A stretch of 64,000 nt of DNA, taken from Vulcanimicrobiota bacterium (GTDB lineage Bacteria > Vulcanimicrobiota > Vulcanimicrobiia > Vulcanimicrobiales > Vulcanimicrobiaceae). Positions 27,189 through 37,109 of the stretch are shown here, in pieces. The notes under the pieces are model-generated. The model had not been told where the DNA came from. It worked only from the letters and a program-made list of their open reading frames with translations, and searched no databases. Each line of letters starts with the position of its first letter. The stretch's first letter is position 1. The stretch lies in NCBI GenBank assembly GCA_003135555.1, contig PLCF01000062.1:1-64000 (forward strand), written 5' to 3'. Both the position numbers and the translations under genes were made by a program.

Positions 27189-28538
27189 GTGAACGAGCAC
27201 GACGTCGCGCTCGCCGTGCTTTCGGCGTTGCGCCGGCACCTGGACAACCCGAACGACGACTCCAGCGGCTGGAGCCTACCCATCACCGTGGCTCACGAGG
27301 TCGGCGTGACTGTGGAGGCGGTCCTGGACGAGTTCCACATCCTGGCTGATCAGGGCGAGGTCGAACTGAATCGGCAGTTGCCGGGGCTCGCCGCAAGGGC
27401 AAAAATCTCGGTGAAGGGCCAGGCGCGGCTGGCGCGGCTGGCGGAGGCGAAGCGGGCCGCGGCGCTGCGCCCGCACACCGGCGTGCCGGCGGCGTCGCGG
27501 AAAGCATTCAAGTACGACGTCTTCGTATCGCACGCGTCCGAGGACGCCGCGGCCTTCGGTGACCTGCTCGTGATCGAAATGGAGCGGCGCGGCTTGAAGG
27601 TGTGGTACGACCGCGACCGCATGGCGCACGGTGACGCGATGATCGAGCTGATCAACGAGGGTCTTCGCAGCTCGCGCTGCGGCGTCATCGTAGCGAGCCC
27701 GCACTACTTCGGCAAGGTGTACACGAAGCCGGAGATCGGCGCTCTTCTCCACTTCGCCATGCGGGACGACGCGCGGAAGGTACTGCCGATCGTGTACCAG
27801 ATGAGCCAGGACGATCTCCTGGACATCCATCCCGTGCTCGCGAACTACATCAACATCGAAGCCGTAAAGCACGATCCCGCCGAAATCGCACGGTTCGTTG
27901 CGGCCGCGGTCTTGCCGCAGGACGCGGCGCGCCTGGCCGAGTCCGTCGCGCTCGATACGACGATGGCCGGCGAAGTGCACCGCTCGCGCGAACTTGGTGT
28001 AAGCTCGTTTGCGCCAGGAATGCGCGACGCGCCGTACGACGCACTTCCGGAGCAGCCGCACCTGCTCGCTGTGCGTCCGCACATTCAGATCGCCTGGTAC
28101 GAACCCGACGAGAGGGATGGCTACCCCAGCATCTCGTGGGCGCTGACGAACGTCGGCGCCGGCGAGGCGCGGGAGATAGCCGTGTTTTTACCGGGGATAG
28201 TGTCGTACGACGCGGGTGCGCTCGCCGTTGGCGCCTCCAACACCGAGCGGCGCCGCTTCGATGACCGCTACGCGTACTACGAGATCATGAAGCCGCCGAT
28301 ACAAGCCATCGTCGAGTTCGCAGACGTCCACGGTAACGTATATCGCGAATACGCAAACGTCAGCGCGTCCTTCAAGTGGCGCGAAAACCCCGCCGACTAC
28401 ACTACGACGTACTTCGGGCACCCATATCCCGTCTCGGGCCGCATCGTCGAGCCCGACGTCGAACGCGACCGCTTCTTCCTGACGGCGCCCACGTGGAATG
28501 TCGACCTGGCCCGATGGCCGTTCTCGGGCTTCGGATGA
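27189..28538 (+). CDS. wHTH-TIR-unknown domain protein
   Basis: YDVFVSHASED, LKVWYD, INEGLRSSR, SPHYFGKVYTKPEI (Glu at the expected catalytic position), VLPI. Confidence 0.88.
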   Translation: MNEHDVALAVLSALRRHLDNPNDDSSGWSLPITVAHEVGVTVEAVLDEFHILADQGEVELNRQLPGLAARAKISVKGQARLARLAEAKRAAALRPHTGVPAASRKAFKYDVFVSHASEDAAAFGDLLVIEMERRGLKVWYDRDRMAHGDAMIELINEGLRSSRCGVIVASPHYFGKVYTKPEIGALLHFAMRDDARKVLPIVYQMSQDDLLDIHPVLANYINIEAVKHDPAEIARFVAAAVLPQDAARLAESVALDTTMAGEVHRSRELGVSSFAPGMRDAPYDALPEQPHLLAVRPHIQIAWYEPDERDGYPSISWALTNVGAGEAREIAVFLPGIVSYDAGALAVGASNTERRRFDDRYAYYEIMKPPIQAIVEFADVHGNVYREYANVSASFKWRENPADYTTTYFGHPYPVSGRIVEPDVERDRFFLTAPTWNVDLARWPFSGFG

Positions 28539-28548
28539 AGGCTCGGCG

Positions 28549-29373
28549 ATGATCCTGACTCCTGCGATGAGCGTGGTACTGCTGGCAGTCGCCTTCGTCG
28601 CCACGTTTTTTGCCGTATGGTGCGGATATGTCGCGTACCGCGCGGCTTCCGCGGCAACGCCACGTGACCGCTGGAACGCGCCGCCACGTACGCGCCCCGT
28701 TCTTCAAGCGGGGACGATGCGGCTTGGGGCTGCACGCGATCGAGAGCGGAGGCGGGCCGCCGCATTCACGGCGGTAAGCGGCGCATGGTGGCTTACCGCG
28801 ACCGCGTCGGCCGCCGCTGCGGCGACCAGCGGCCTCGCGTTGCTTGCGTTTTCGACGATGGCCATCGTCGCTGGCCTCCTCGTCTGCGGCATCAGCATCG
28901 CGGACAGTTCCGCGCGCCGGCGGCTCGAAGCAGAACAGAATCGCCGCGCGGATGCGATCCAGCGGATTGAAGAGGCCGCCATTAACCCCGCGACGCCGAC
29001 GCGCACCGTGGCGCAACAACTCGCGGAATGGTCGTCGAACCCGGACCTGGTCGTATATGCGCAACATTCCCAAGGGCCCATCCGAACGACGATGCGTGGA
29101 CGGCTCTACGCCGATCCGCAATGGGGCTACAGTTTGTACGCGGCGGATTGGGCGCTAGGGCCGCTCGATTCGGTGAGCCCAATCCGCGGCGTTGCGCTGA
29201 ACTTAGGACATTACGGTGAGGCCCCGACATGGCAGCCCGGCAACGGCACGTTCGGCGCAGTCTGGCGATTCGAGCGCCGCGCGATGACACCGGAGGGCCT
29301 GATGGGCATCGTGGAAACGTTCACAATATCTGTAGTTGACCCATTTGAATTCTTCGGACCGCTCGACGCGTAG
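28549..29373 (+). CDS. Membrane protein
   Basis: Two to three hydrophobic segments plus soluble C-terminus; 10 nt after TIR gene stop. Confidence 0.6.
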   Translation: MILTPAMSVVLLAVAFVATFFAVWCGYVAYRAASAATPRDRWNAPPRTRPVLQAGTMRLGAARDRERRRAAAFTAVSGAWWLTATASAAAAATSGLALLAFSTMAIVAGLLVCGISIADSSARRRLEAEQNRRADAIQRIEEAAINPATPTRTVAQQLAEWSSNPDLVVYAQHSQGPIRTTMRGRLYADPQWGYSLYAADWALGPLDSVSPIRGVALNLGHYGEAPTWQPGNGTFGAVWRFERRAMTPEGLMGIVETFTISVVDPFEFFGPLDA

Positions 29374-29406
29374 CGCGACCCTTACCTCACGCCCTCTTGG
29401 GGGTAC

Positions 29407-30261
29407 TTACGTGGTTGGCGTCGCCGCGCTACTCCAAACCGAGCAAACGTTGCCACGAAGCGCAGCGGCGAGGTCGTTGGCCACGGTAAGAAGAGTCGGG
29501 AAGCTGGTCAGATTCCCGAGCGCGAGTTGCGCATCAGCGCGGAAGGCGCGGCGATGAGCGACGTCGTCCCGGTTTACCTTGATAACGGCGTTCAGCGAAT
29601 CGAGATGCGCCGAGACGCGGTACCACATGTCCTCGTCGAACTCCGGTCGACGCACGTCGAGCGCGCGTCGGAACGTGGTGAAGCGGCGCTCCGTTTGAAG
29701 CTTGGTCTGAGCAAAGTCCTTTGCGAACTTCGACGCCTTGCCGGCAGGAATGTGCGCTATGAATGCATCGTACAACCATTCCATGAGAGCCTCGCCGGCG
29801 ACGCCGAGCATCACGGTCGTCGCCAGGTATCGCCGTCCTTGGAACGAGTGAACCGCCTCGACCAGATAGGTAATGATGATGTCGTCGGCGTTCGGTATGC
29901 GTCGCCGTGCCTCGGCCATATAGCTCTCCGCGTCGTGCGGCGTGACGGGAGACTGCGCCGGGTCAAGGACTTTCCGGCCGTAACTCGTGACGAGGAAGTA
30001 TGGGAAATATCGATGCGAGTCTCCCTCGCCGTGGCTTGGGGCGAGCTTCGATCCCGGCACGATGATGCCGTCGACGACTAGCGCGAAGAGAACGGAATAG
30101 AAGTCGGCGTTCGCGGCTGGCGCCCACGGAGTCGACGTTTCGTCGACGCCGGCGCGCAAGTCGTCCACCTTCAACGGATAGTCGAGCGGCGAGCGCTCCT
30201 TGCCCGTGAGCAGAGCGCGAAGATTCTCAAGGACCTGCGCCTTCATCTTATCGAACGTCAT
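29407..30261 (-). CDS. wHTH + HEPN-like protein
   Basis: LVVDGIIVPG...LVTSYGR; YLATTVMLGVAGEALM; NRDDVAH (Rx4H). Confidence 0.7.
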   Translation of the reverse strand: MTFDKMKAQVLENLRALLTGKERSPLDYPLKVDDLRAGVDETSTPWAPAANADFYSVLFALVVDGIIVPGSKLAPSHGEGDSHRYFPYFLVTSYGRKVLDPAQSPVTPHDAESYMAEARRRIPNADDIIITYLVEAVHSFQGRRYLATTVMLGVAGEALMEWLYDAFIAHIPAGKASKFAKDFAQTKLQTERRFTTFRRALDVRRPEFDEDMWYRVSAHLDSLNAVIKVNRDDVAHRRAFRADAQLALGNLTSFPTLLTVANDLAAALRGNVCSVWSSAATPTT

Positions 30262-30410
30262 CCTGCGCCGAGAGTTCGCCAGTCGCGAGTTACTTCCGGC
30301 ACGAACCAGCCGATAGGACCGCCGCAAGAGCGCGGTGGGCGCGGCTAGTCCCACAAATGCGAGCATGCAGCGACGACGCACGGCCACCTCAGGCGAGACC
30401 AGGAGAAGGG

Positions 30411-31358
30411 ATGATGGGTTACGACGAGAGCGATGCCGCGAACGACGCCTACATCGAGCAACTCTACAAGGAGTTTCGCCAAGAGTACGGCGAGGAGATA
30501 GCCGAGGACAGAGCGGCTAACGAGGTCATCGTTGGCGTCGTGGCCGCGCATCGCATCTGGTGGCCCCGGGCGCAGGCGGCGGTCGACAAAGCCAAGCGAC
30601 GCTTCGCGGATGCCGAATACGACGAGGCGGTGTTCCACATCGGCCGTGCATTTGACGGTTACATCAAGAACGCGCTCGTCGAACCCGTGCGCGCCGTTTT
30701 CGTGGAGCGATTCCGGCGTTCACTTCCTGCGGGCTTTCCCGTCAAGGCCGACACGCTCTTCAAGAGCATCAGCGGATTGGGCGGCACGTTGGCGTTCGCC
30801 GCTTATACGATCGCGCTCGTGTCGCGGACGCAACAGGCTGCCGAGGCGATCATCGAGCCGACCAAACTCCTCGTCAATGGCGGCGGCGCGGGACCCACGT
30901 GGACGGAGCGGGATCGGGCGTTCCATGCGCCGATCGACGTTGACGAACCGACGGCGCGCGGCTTGCTGGAACGTGCTGAGGCGATCCTGACCGCCATCGT
31001 AACCGAAGTGGAGCACCGCGTTCGCGAGGAGGAACAGGCCAAAGAACGGGTCGAGTTCTCCCCAGCGCGGGTCGAGATTCTAGGCATCCTTGCCGCGATG
31101 TACGACGCAGATGGATCGCGGAAAATTGAAGGCTTCCGCATTCCGCTACCATACAACGCGGCAAGCGACCGGACTGCCGCGCTGGCTTCGCTTGAGGAGC
31201 AGGGATACGTTCAACGGATTGATGGAGATTGGTCGTCGTCCGGCGCGTATCGCCTGACCCCCGACGGTCGCGAGTATTTCAGGACCTCCGTGGAGCCCCG
31301 CCTCGACAAAGACGTGAAGAACCGGGTCGTGTTCAATTCCTCGTTACTCGTCACCTAA
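30411..31358 (+). CDS. HEPN-like + wHTH protein
   Basis: EYDEAVFHIGRAFDGYIK helix; ERDRAFH (Rx4H); LEEQGYV...YRLTPDG. Confidence 0.65.
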   Translation: MMGYDESDAANDAYIEQLYKEFRQEYGEEIAEDRAANEVIVGVVAAHRIWWPRAQAAVDKAKRRFADAEYDEAVFHIGRAFDGYIKNALVEPVRAVFVERFRRSLPAGFPVKADTLFKSISGLGGTLAFAAYTIALVSRTQQAAEAIIEPTKLLVNGGGAGPTWTERDRAFHAPIDVDEPTARGLLERAEAILTAIVTEVEHRVREEEQAKERVEFSPARVEILGILAAMYDADGSRKIEGFRIPLPYNAASDRTAALASLEEQGYVQRIDGDWSSSGAYRLTPDGREYFRTSVEPRLDKDVKNRVVFNSSLLVT

Positions 31359-31395
31359 GAAACACGAGGGCGATCCGGTCGACGCCTTACTGGCT

Positions 31396-32127
31396 GTGAT
31401 CGACCAGATACCGGGCGACGTCTATGGCGGGTCCGGCATGGTGCGTGTTGGCCCGGATCGTCGCGTCGCGGGGCGCGCCTTCGTTCCGGTGGGGCGAGGT
31501 CACGCTCCGGAGGTCGCGTTTCCGATAGGCGGCGTCATGGTTCTCGGGCAGGACTTCGGCAACGAGCGGAACCTGGATGACGTCGTCGCGGCCGGCGAGG
31601 AGACGGACGCTGTGCCGACGTGGCGCGAGATCGGGAAGGCACTCCGAGCGGAGGACATCCCGATAGAGGCATGCTGGTTCACCAACTATGTGATGGGCGT
31701 GCGCCCCGGTCACGAGTCGAACTGCAGGGGGCGCAGCCCGGGGTTGCGCCACGGTGGCGGCTTGCGGCGCGCCTGCGCGGACCTGTTCAGCCGCCAGCTG
31801 CGCACGCAGCGGCCGTGTGCGGTCGTCGTGCTCGGGACGTATCTTCCGCCCGTGCTGGCAGCCGATGTCCCGCACATATTCGCGCCGTGGGCGGCTCGGT
31901 CGTTTCCGCTCCGGGACGCAGGCGACAACGCCGTGATCTGGAACGCGGCCGCCGGCGGCGTGACCATTCCGGTGATCGTGTCCATCGTGCATCCGAGCCT
32001 CCGCGGTCCAAACATGGCTGCGCGTAGATTTCAAGGACGCGCAGGCGCGGAGGCGGAGCGGTCACTGTTGCGGCTGGTGCGCGACGTCGTCTCTAAGCGG
32101 TGGAAGCCACCCCAGTCGAAGAGGTGA
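31396..32127 (+). CDS. Uracil-DNA glycosylase superfamily protein
   Basis: VMVLGQDFG, CWFTN, VVVLG, IVHPS. Confidence 0.75.
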   Translation: MIDQIPGDVYGGSGMVRVGPDRRVAGRAFVPVGRGHAPEVAFPIGGVMVLGQDFGNERNLDDVVAAGEETDAVPTWREIGKALRAEDIPIEACWFTNYVMGVRPGHESNCRGRSPGLRHGGGLRRACADLFSRQLRTQRPCAVVVLGTYLPPVLAADVPHIFAPWAARSFPLRDAGDNAVIWNAAAGGVTIPVIVSIVHPSLRGPNMAARRFQGRAGAEAERSLLRLVRDVVSKRWKPPQSKR

Positions 32128-32210
32128 ACGACAATCTGATGCACCCACCTGTCAGTCTGTCCGAGCACTCGCCAGGAACCGCCGTCGCTGGCAAGGGAAC
32201 GTACGCCACG

Positions 32211-32834
32211 ATGAAGCGCTGGCTGCCTCCGCTAACGCTTGGCCTCGCGATGACGACGCTAGGTGCCGCAATTGCATCACCGGTGCCCTGGCTAGAGCTC
32301 CGCATCGGACAGGTCGGCTACCTCGGCTTGAACGATGAAAACTACCCGGTGTGTCCGATGCGATACATCTTCGATCTGACGCAGGACGTCCAGACGTGTC
32401 CCACGATTCCGCGCGGCGAGGTCGTTCGGATCATCGGGATTCAGCGTGGCAAGCAGGCGATCACAGGAGCCGACACGATCGCGGTGGAGATTCAGCGCGC
32501 GAATGGGCGCGGAAGAAGCGGGTGGGTGGTTGTGTTTGCCGTTCAGCCCATCGTTCCGGCTGGAACGCGCATCACATTGCATGCGACCCACACCGGCGGC
32601 GACGTCATCAACCCGGGCTATTGGCGCAATCGAAGCGATCCGCCGAGGAGCGAAATTACTTTGCCCGGTACGACGGATGTTCAACTGATCCGGCAGGTGC
32701 CGCCGGACAATGATGCTGACTTCTTCGTCCGGTTCCTGAACGGCCCGAAGAAGGGCCAGACCGGCTGGACGGTGTTGGGGTCCGAAGCCACGATCCAGGG
32801 CACGCAACGCAACGTCGCCGTCCTTGGAGGTTGA
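32211..32834 (+). CDS. Secreted hypothetical protein (SH3-like segments possible)
   Basis: Signal peptide MKRWLPPLTLGLAM; GRSGWV and GQTGWT segments. Confidence 0.6.
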   Translation: MKRWLPPLTLGLAMTTLGAAIASPVPWLELRIGQVGYLGLNDENYPVCPMRYIFDLTQDVQTCPTIPRGEVVRIIGIQRGKQAITGADTIAVEIQRANGRGRSGWVVVFAVQPIVPAGTRITLHATHTGGDVINPGYWRNRSDPPRSEITLPGTTDVQLIRQVPPDNDADFFVRFLNGPKKGQTGWTVLGSEATIQGTQRNVAVLGG

Positions 32835-33036
32835 CGAGTCTCAACACTTTGACGTCGCCACCTGCGAGGAGGTGTCGCTCAGTGTGCTCAGAGCGCCAGC
32901 CTTCATATGCTGCAGGACATTGGTTCGACTCCACGTGTCCCTCCGCACTATTGAACCAAAGAATATCGCCAGGCCGGAAAGGGACTAACGAGGAAGCCGT
33001 TGCGAACGACAAACGGTAGAATCTCAAAGGTTAACG

Positions 33037-33609
33037 GTGGCAACAGATCTCGCGATACATCACGTATGTGGCCTGGACGAGCTCCGGGACGCTCCGCTTG
33101 TGTCCGCCGATCGGATCGTCTCAATCCTTGATCCGCACGGCAACTCGCCTCGCGAGCTGCTTTCGACTACTGCTCCCGTCCTCACGTTGCGGTTTGAGGA
33201 TGTCGTTGACGCCGCGGACGGCGCCGCTCCTACGATGGCTCACGTCAAGGCTTTGCTTCAATTTGATGCAGCTGCTCGTATCAACGAGCGCCTCGTAATT
33301 CATTGTACTGCTGGTATTTCACGCTCGACGGCGGCGCTCGCCATTCTCCTTGCTGCACGCCATCCAGCGCTCGATGACGAAATCTTTGCAGCAATTCGGC
33401 GAATTCGGCCAAGAGCTTGGCCAAATTCGCTAGTCGTATCGCTCGGAGATCGGGCCCTTGCTCGACAGGGGACTTTGATCGCGGCACTGCATCGTCATTA
33501 TAACTATCAGGTCAGACATCCGGAGCTCGGGGCCATTTTTCGTGCCACTGCTCGCCTGAGCGATATCCCGGAAGAAACAACAGACAGCGATTCGTCCACG
33601 TTCCAGTGA
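33037..33609 (+). CDS. Protein tyrosine/dual-specificity phosphatase
   Basis: LRFED, IHCTAGISRS (CX5R), RPRAWPN. Confidence 0.9.
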   Translation: MATDLAIHHVCGLDELRDAPLVSADRIVSILDPHGNSPRELLSTTAPVLTLRFEDVVDAADGAAPTMAHVKALLQFDAAARINERLVIHCTAGISRSTAALAILLAARHPALDDEIFAAIRRIRPRAWPNSLVVSLGDRALARQGTLIAALHRHYNYQVRHPELGAIFRATARLSDIPEETTDSDSSTFQ

Positions 33610-33804
33610 GGGGGTGAGTCGCTTGCGATGCAACCAATTGTCTCTCTCGCCATTCACGGAAGCGCGACGCTACCCATGAGAAGAAGCTGCCGAACAAAGC
33701 CTCGAGAGAGTGGTATTATGAGGCCGTGTCCTTCTCGGACACGCAGAGAGTTCGCCGCTACTCGTGTAACTCGATCCCAAAGAATCGGACGCCAGGTCGA
33801 CCAA

Positions 33805-33942
33805 GTGAACGAGCCGGTTATTCAGCACTTCGTCCCGCAGGTGTACCTACTCAAGTTCGACGCTGGCAAAGGCATCATTGTCTACGATGTGTCAAAGCGG
33901 CCGGGCGCGATTACCAGAATCATCGGCCTCCGACTTGAATAG
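33805..33942 (+). pseudogene. DUF4238 N-terminal fragment
   Basis: QHFVPQVYLLKF followed by an early stop. Confidence 0.55.
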
Positions 33943-33997
33943 GTTGTCCAGTGAATCCCAGGCCAGGCCATTCCGAGCCGGCCAAAAGGGTGACAAA

Positions 33998-34648
33998 ATG
34001 AACTATCTCATCCGTACCATTGTGGCGGCATTTGTCGTTGGCGCATGCTGCGTATCACTTGTGAGCGCTCAGGCGCAGAGTAGCGTTCGGGTACCGGCAG
34101 CACAGCGAGCCCTGACCAGCCTTCTTGTGAAGTATAACGATCTCGATAAAGGCACGCCAAGTGAAGGCCCGCCAAATGAGATGCAGAGCAAAAAGATAGA
34201 GTCTGACTTTAGAAAGCACTTCTGCGCCATGATACCGACAGATAGCGTATCTGGCTGGATTGGGAAGGTGAACACGATTGATGACAACTCTCCCGATAAG
34301 GGAATTCGCCTTGCCCTCGAAGTGCATACGAACAGCCTCAGCAATGACATTATCAATCGGAATGGTGGAACGTCACTTGGCATCCAGCTCACGTTAGGAA
34401 ACTATTACTCCTATGGCGTGAGTGCCCAAAATACCCAACGACATTCGGTAACGACCATCCCTGTTGGTTCACCACTTTATAATATTTCCTCAACATTGCG
34501 GACTGACGATATCATTATGTTTAGTGGGAGTTTTGTGCCGTTTTCTTCTGCGCGTGCATGTACTGAAAATCTTGGCCATTCGACGTATTTTTCGTTATTT
34601 CGCTTCTCAGCGATTCGCAAACTCGGACATGACTTGACATTGGAATGA
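33998..34648 (+). CDS. Secreted hypothetical protein, low GC
   Basis: Signal peptide; AT-rich codons relative to neighbours. Confidence 0.65.
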   Translation: MNYLIRTIVAAFVVGACCVSLVSAQAQSSVRVPAAQRALTSLLVKYNDLDKGTPSEGPPNEMQSKKIESDFRKHFCAMIPTDSVSGWIGKVNTIDDNSPDKGIRLALEVHTNSLSNDIINRNGGTSLGIQLTLGNYYSYGVSAQNTQRHSVTTIPVGSPLYNISSTLRTDDIIMFSGSFVPFSSARACTENLGHSTYFSLFRFSAIRKLGHDLTLE

Positions 34649-34796
34649 GACGTTGACCAGAACGCTGTTACTTCTTTCGCTGGCTCGTTCACCGTCGGCC
34701 TGCTTTGTGGGAACGGAGCGTTCTTCGAGACAGCGAACCGGGCGCCGCATGAACGACGCTGCCGAGACCCAGACCTTAACGCAGTGGTGTGAGAGC

Positions 34797-35696
34797 CTAC
34801 AGCGGGAACGGCCCGAGAATGAAGCTAGCATTCGCGGTCGGTTCGGTCGCCATCGCATTACCATCGGCGTGGAAATCAAGATGGAAGGTTGGCGGCGTGC
34901 CCACGGTATGAGCAGCGGCTTCGAAATCTCTGACGATTGTTGCGATGTTCTCGCGAACCCGCTTTTCGTAATCAACTACTAGCAGAATTGCCCGGTCTGC
35001 CAGCCAATGCGCTCGCATAGATGTCCCCGCTGCTGAAATTCCCCCGCCAATTGGCGCGAACACCTCACCGTTGACGGTATTCAAGATGTTACCGTAGGTC
35101 GCTCGGATTTTCGCGCGATCTTCGTCGCTCCATTCATAACCGGTGACGCCCTTAGCGCGAGCGTGCTCGACGGCCTGCGGCCAATTGCGCTGCAATATTT
35201 CGAGCAACACGATCTTTGACCAGGACTGATGTTTGAAGAACCCGATGCAATGCACGACGTCATCGCATATGAACGCAAAGAGAACGTCATCCCCTCCCTG
35301 CACTTTGCCCTGAGCGTCGCGGAGACCCAAATGAAAGTGGGTAATACCCCAATCATTGAGTAGCTTGTCCTCGTATGTCGGTTTGGACGCGTTGCGACTT
35401 AACCTGGCAGTGACGTCGATGCCCTGTTCGAGTTCGGACTTCAGCTCAGCATATCCAGGCGTCAGGTCCGGAGGACAAGCGAACTCCTTAGACTCGACGA
35501 TCTCCTTAGACTCGACGACAGTATAGCGTTGCACTTTCGGGCGGCGGCGCGCGTTTGCATAGTACCGATAGACGGCGTCTTGATAAGGTTCGGTGGGGTC
35601 TATTGCAATGGCGTTTCTAGTGAGAAGCTGCTCGACGAGCTCTCGAAAGTCAGCGTGAAAGTCAAGCTTGACGTCCCCACCGGCGTTGTTCGTCAT
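34797..35696 (-). CDS. Hypothetical protein (DxLLNDWGIxHFHL type)
   Basis: GGAGG before ATG; DKLLNDWGITHFHLG, DVLFAFI, FFKH. Confidence 0.75.
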   Translation of the reverse strand: MTNNAGGDVKLDFHADFRELVEQLLTRNAIAIDPTEPYQDAVYRYYANARRRPKVQRYTVVESKEIVESKEFACPPDLTPGYAELKSELEQGIDVTARLSRNASKPTYEDKLLNDWGITHFHLGLRDAQGKVQGGDDVLFAFICDDVVHCIGFFKHQSWSKIVLLEILQRNWPQAVEHARAKGVTGYEWSDEDRAKIRATYGNILNTVNGEVFAPIGGGISAAGTSMRAHWLADRAILLVVDYEKRVRENIATIVRDFEAAAHTVGTPPTFHLDFHADGNAMATEPTANASFILGPFPL

Positions 35697-35876
35697 CAAA
35701 ATGACCTCCAACAGGCTGAGCTAAGCTGGCGTTCCCCATATGAGGGCCAGAGAACGCCTTCCTGAGCTTCACCCGTCCGGTTCGTCACTTTTGCCTCATA
35801 TCATGAGCGCGAATCACCTAATAATTATAGCAAAACACGCTTCGACTCTGCAGCGATTTAGAAAATCATCCGGAGA

Positions 35877-36410
35877 ATGCGGGTTGAGATGGCTCTCGCG
35901 ACCGACCTCCCGCCTCGCTCTGCCACTGACCTTGGCGAACTCGCCGTTGACAGGTGGATGGAGACGGTCGGCGACGCGCTGAACGAACGTAGCGAGCGTG
36001 CCTTCATAGTGGTCTTCAACTGGGACCTCGCGAGGCCGCGAGTCGCGCGCCATGTACGCATAGCGGAATCCGGGACGCCGCTTGCTGACTTCGCCCACCT
36101 CTCTTATTTCCACGTTGACGCCGATGGCGTGCCGGTTACCTCGCCAAGCGCGACGCCGCTCCGGGCCGTGCGCGCGATCGGCCTCCTCGGCGATTGGTTC
36201 CCGGCGCCGCAATACACGCCCGCCGCTTCGCCGCAGATCGGACGGCGCTATGCGCTTGTCCCGCGAGAGGGGCTGACCGTCCGCGGAACGGTCATGGACG
36301 CGAATGGGAACGGCTTGCTTATGCGTGTTGACGGCGCGGATGAGGGCTCGGAGCGGTGGCTAGAGCGGCATGTCTACACCGCGCTCTACGACTTGGGCCG
36401 CGGCTCGTAG
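35877..36410 (+). CDS. Hypothetical protein (start uncertain)
   Basis: 177-aa ORF after an AT-rich promoter-like spacer. Confidence 0.5.
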   Translation: MRVEMALATDLPPRSATDLGELAVDRWMETVGDALNERSERAFIVVFNWDLARPRVARHVRIAESGTPLADFAHLSYFHVDADGVPVTSPSATPLRAVRAIGLLGDWFPAPQYTPAASPQIGRRYALVPREGLTVRGTVMDANGNGLLMRVDGADEGSERWLERHVYTALYDLGRGS

Positions 36411-36556
36411 AACCAGCGCACGCGGAGAATTTCGGTTATCGTAGCTGCAAAGCTTCGGCAGGACCAGGCGCGACGAGTCATCACGCATCGCGCACTGATG
36501 TCTGGGCGCGGCAACCGCATTACCATGCTTCGGACCAGCTTCGCTATGCTCCGTGC

Positions 36557-36754
36557 ATGGACGCGCTTGACCAGCTGATCGACCGGCTCAGCCGCAAGCT
36601 GGCTGCTATTGAGCGCCGCGTAGCCCGCCTAGAACGCGAGGAAGCGATGACCAGCGACGACCCACCCGGGAAGGTCGTGCCGGACTCGCCTTCACCCCGG
36701 GGCTCGCGATCTTCCGCACCGCCACGTTCAGGTCCCGGCCACGACTGCGACTAG
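36557..36754 (+). CDS. Small coiled-coil protein
   Basis: MDALDQLIDRLSRKLAAIERRVARLERE. Confidence 0.4.
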   Translation: MDALDQLIDRLSRKLAAIERRVARLEREEAMTSDDPPGKVVPDSPSPRGSRSSAPPRSGPGHDCD

Positions 36755-37109
36755 TGCGCTTCGGTTCGGGGCTCCGATAGAGTCGGCTGTGGGGCCTCTG
36801 TTAACCTTCGGCGAACCCAGGACTGGCGTCGGCCCATTCGGGGCTCTATCATTGATGCGGGGCGGCGGCTCGCTCTAGGTCCGCAGGACCGGAGCCCACA
36901 CCCGGAGCCGTCGCTCCGCTCGTTGTTGCTTGTCCACCAACGGGGACTGACCTCGCGACGACCGACGCCTACGGTTTCCGCCGCCACGAAATTCAAGCTA
37001 CTGACTATCCCCTGGATGAGTTGAGGCAAAAGAACATCTTAGATTTGTAGATGCGTTCGCCGAGGATTTCCCTTGTTAGCGAAACCGCCAGAACAATTCG
37101 TAGGCGCAG

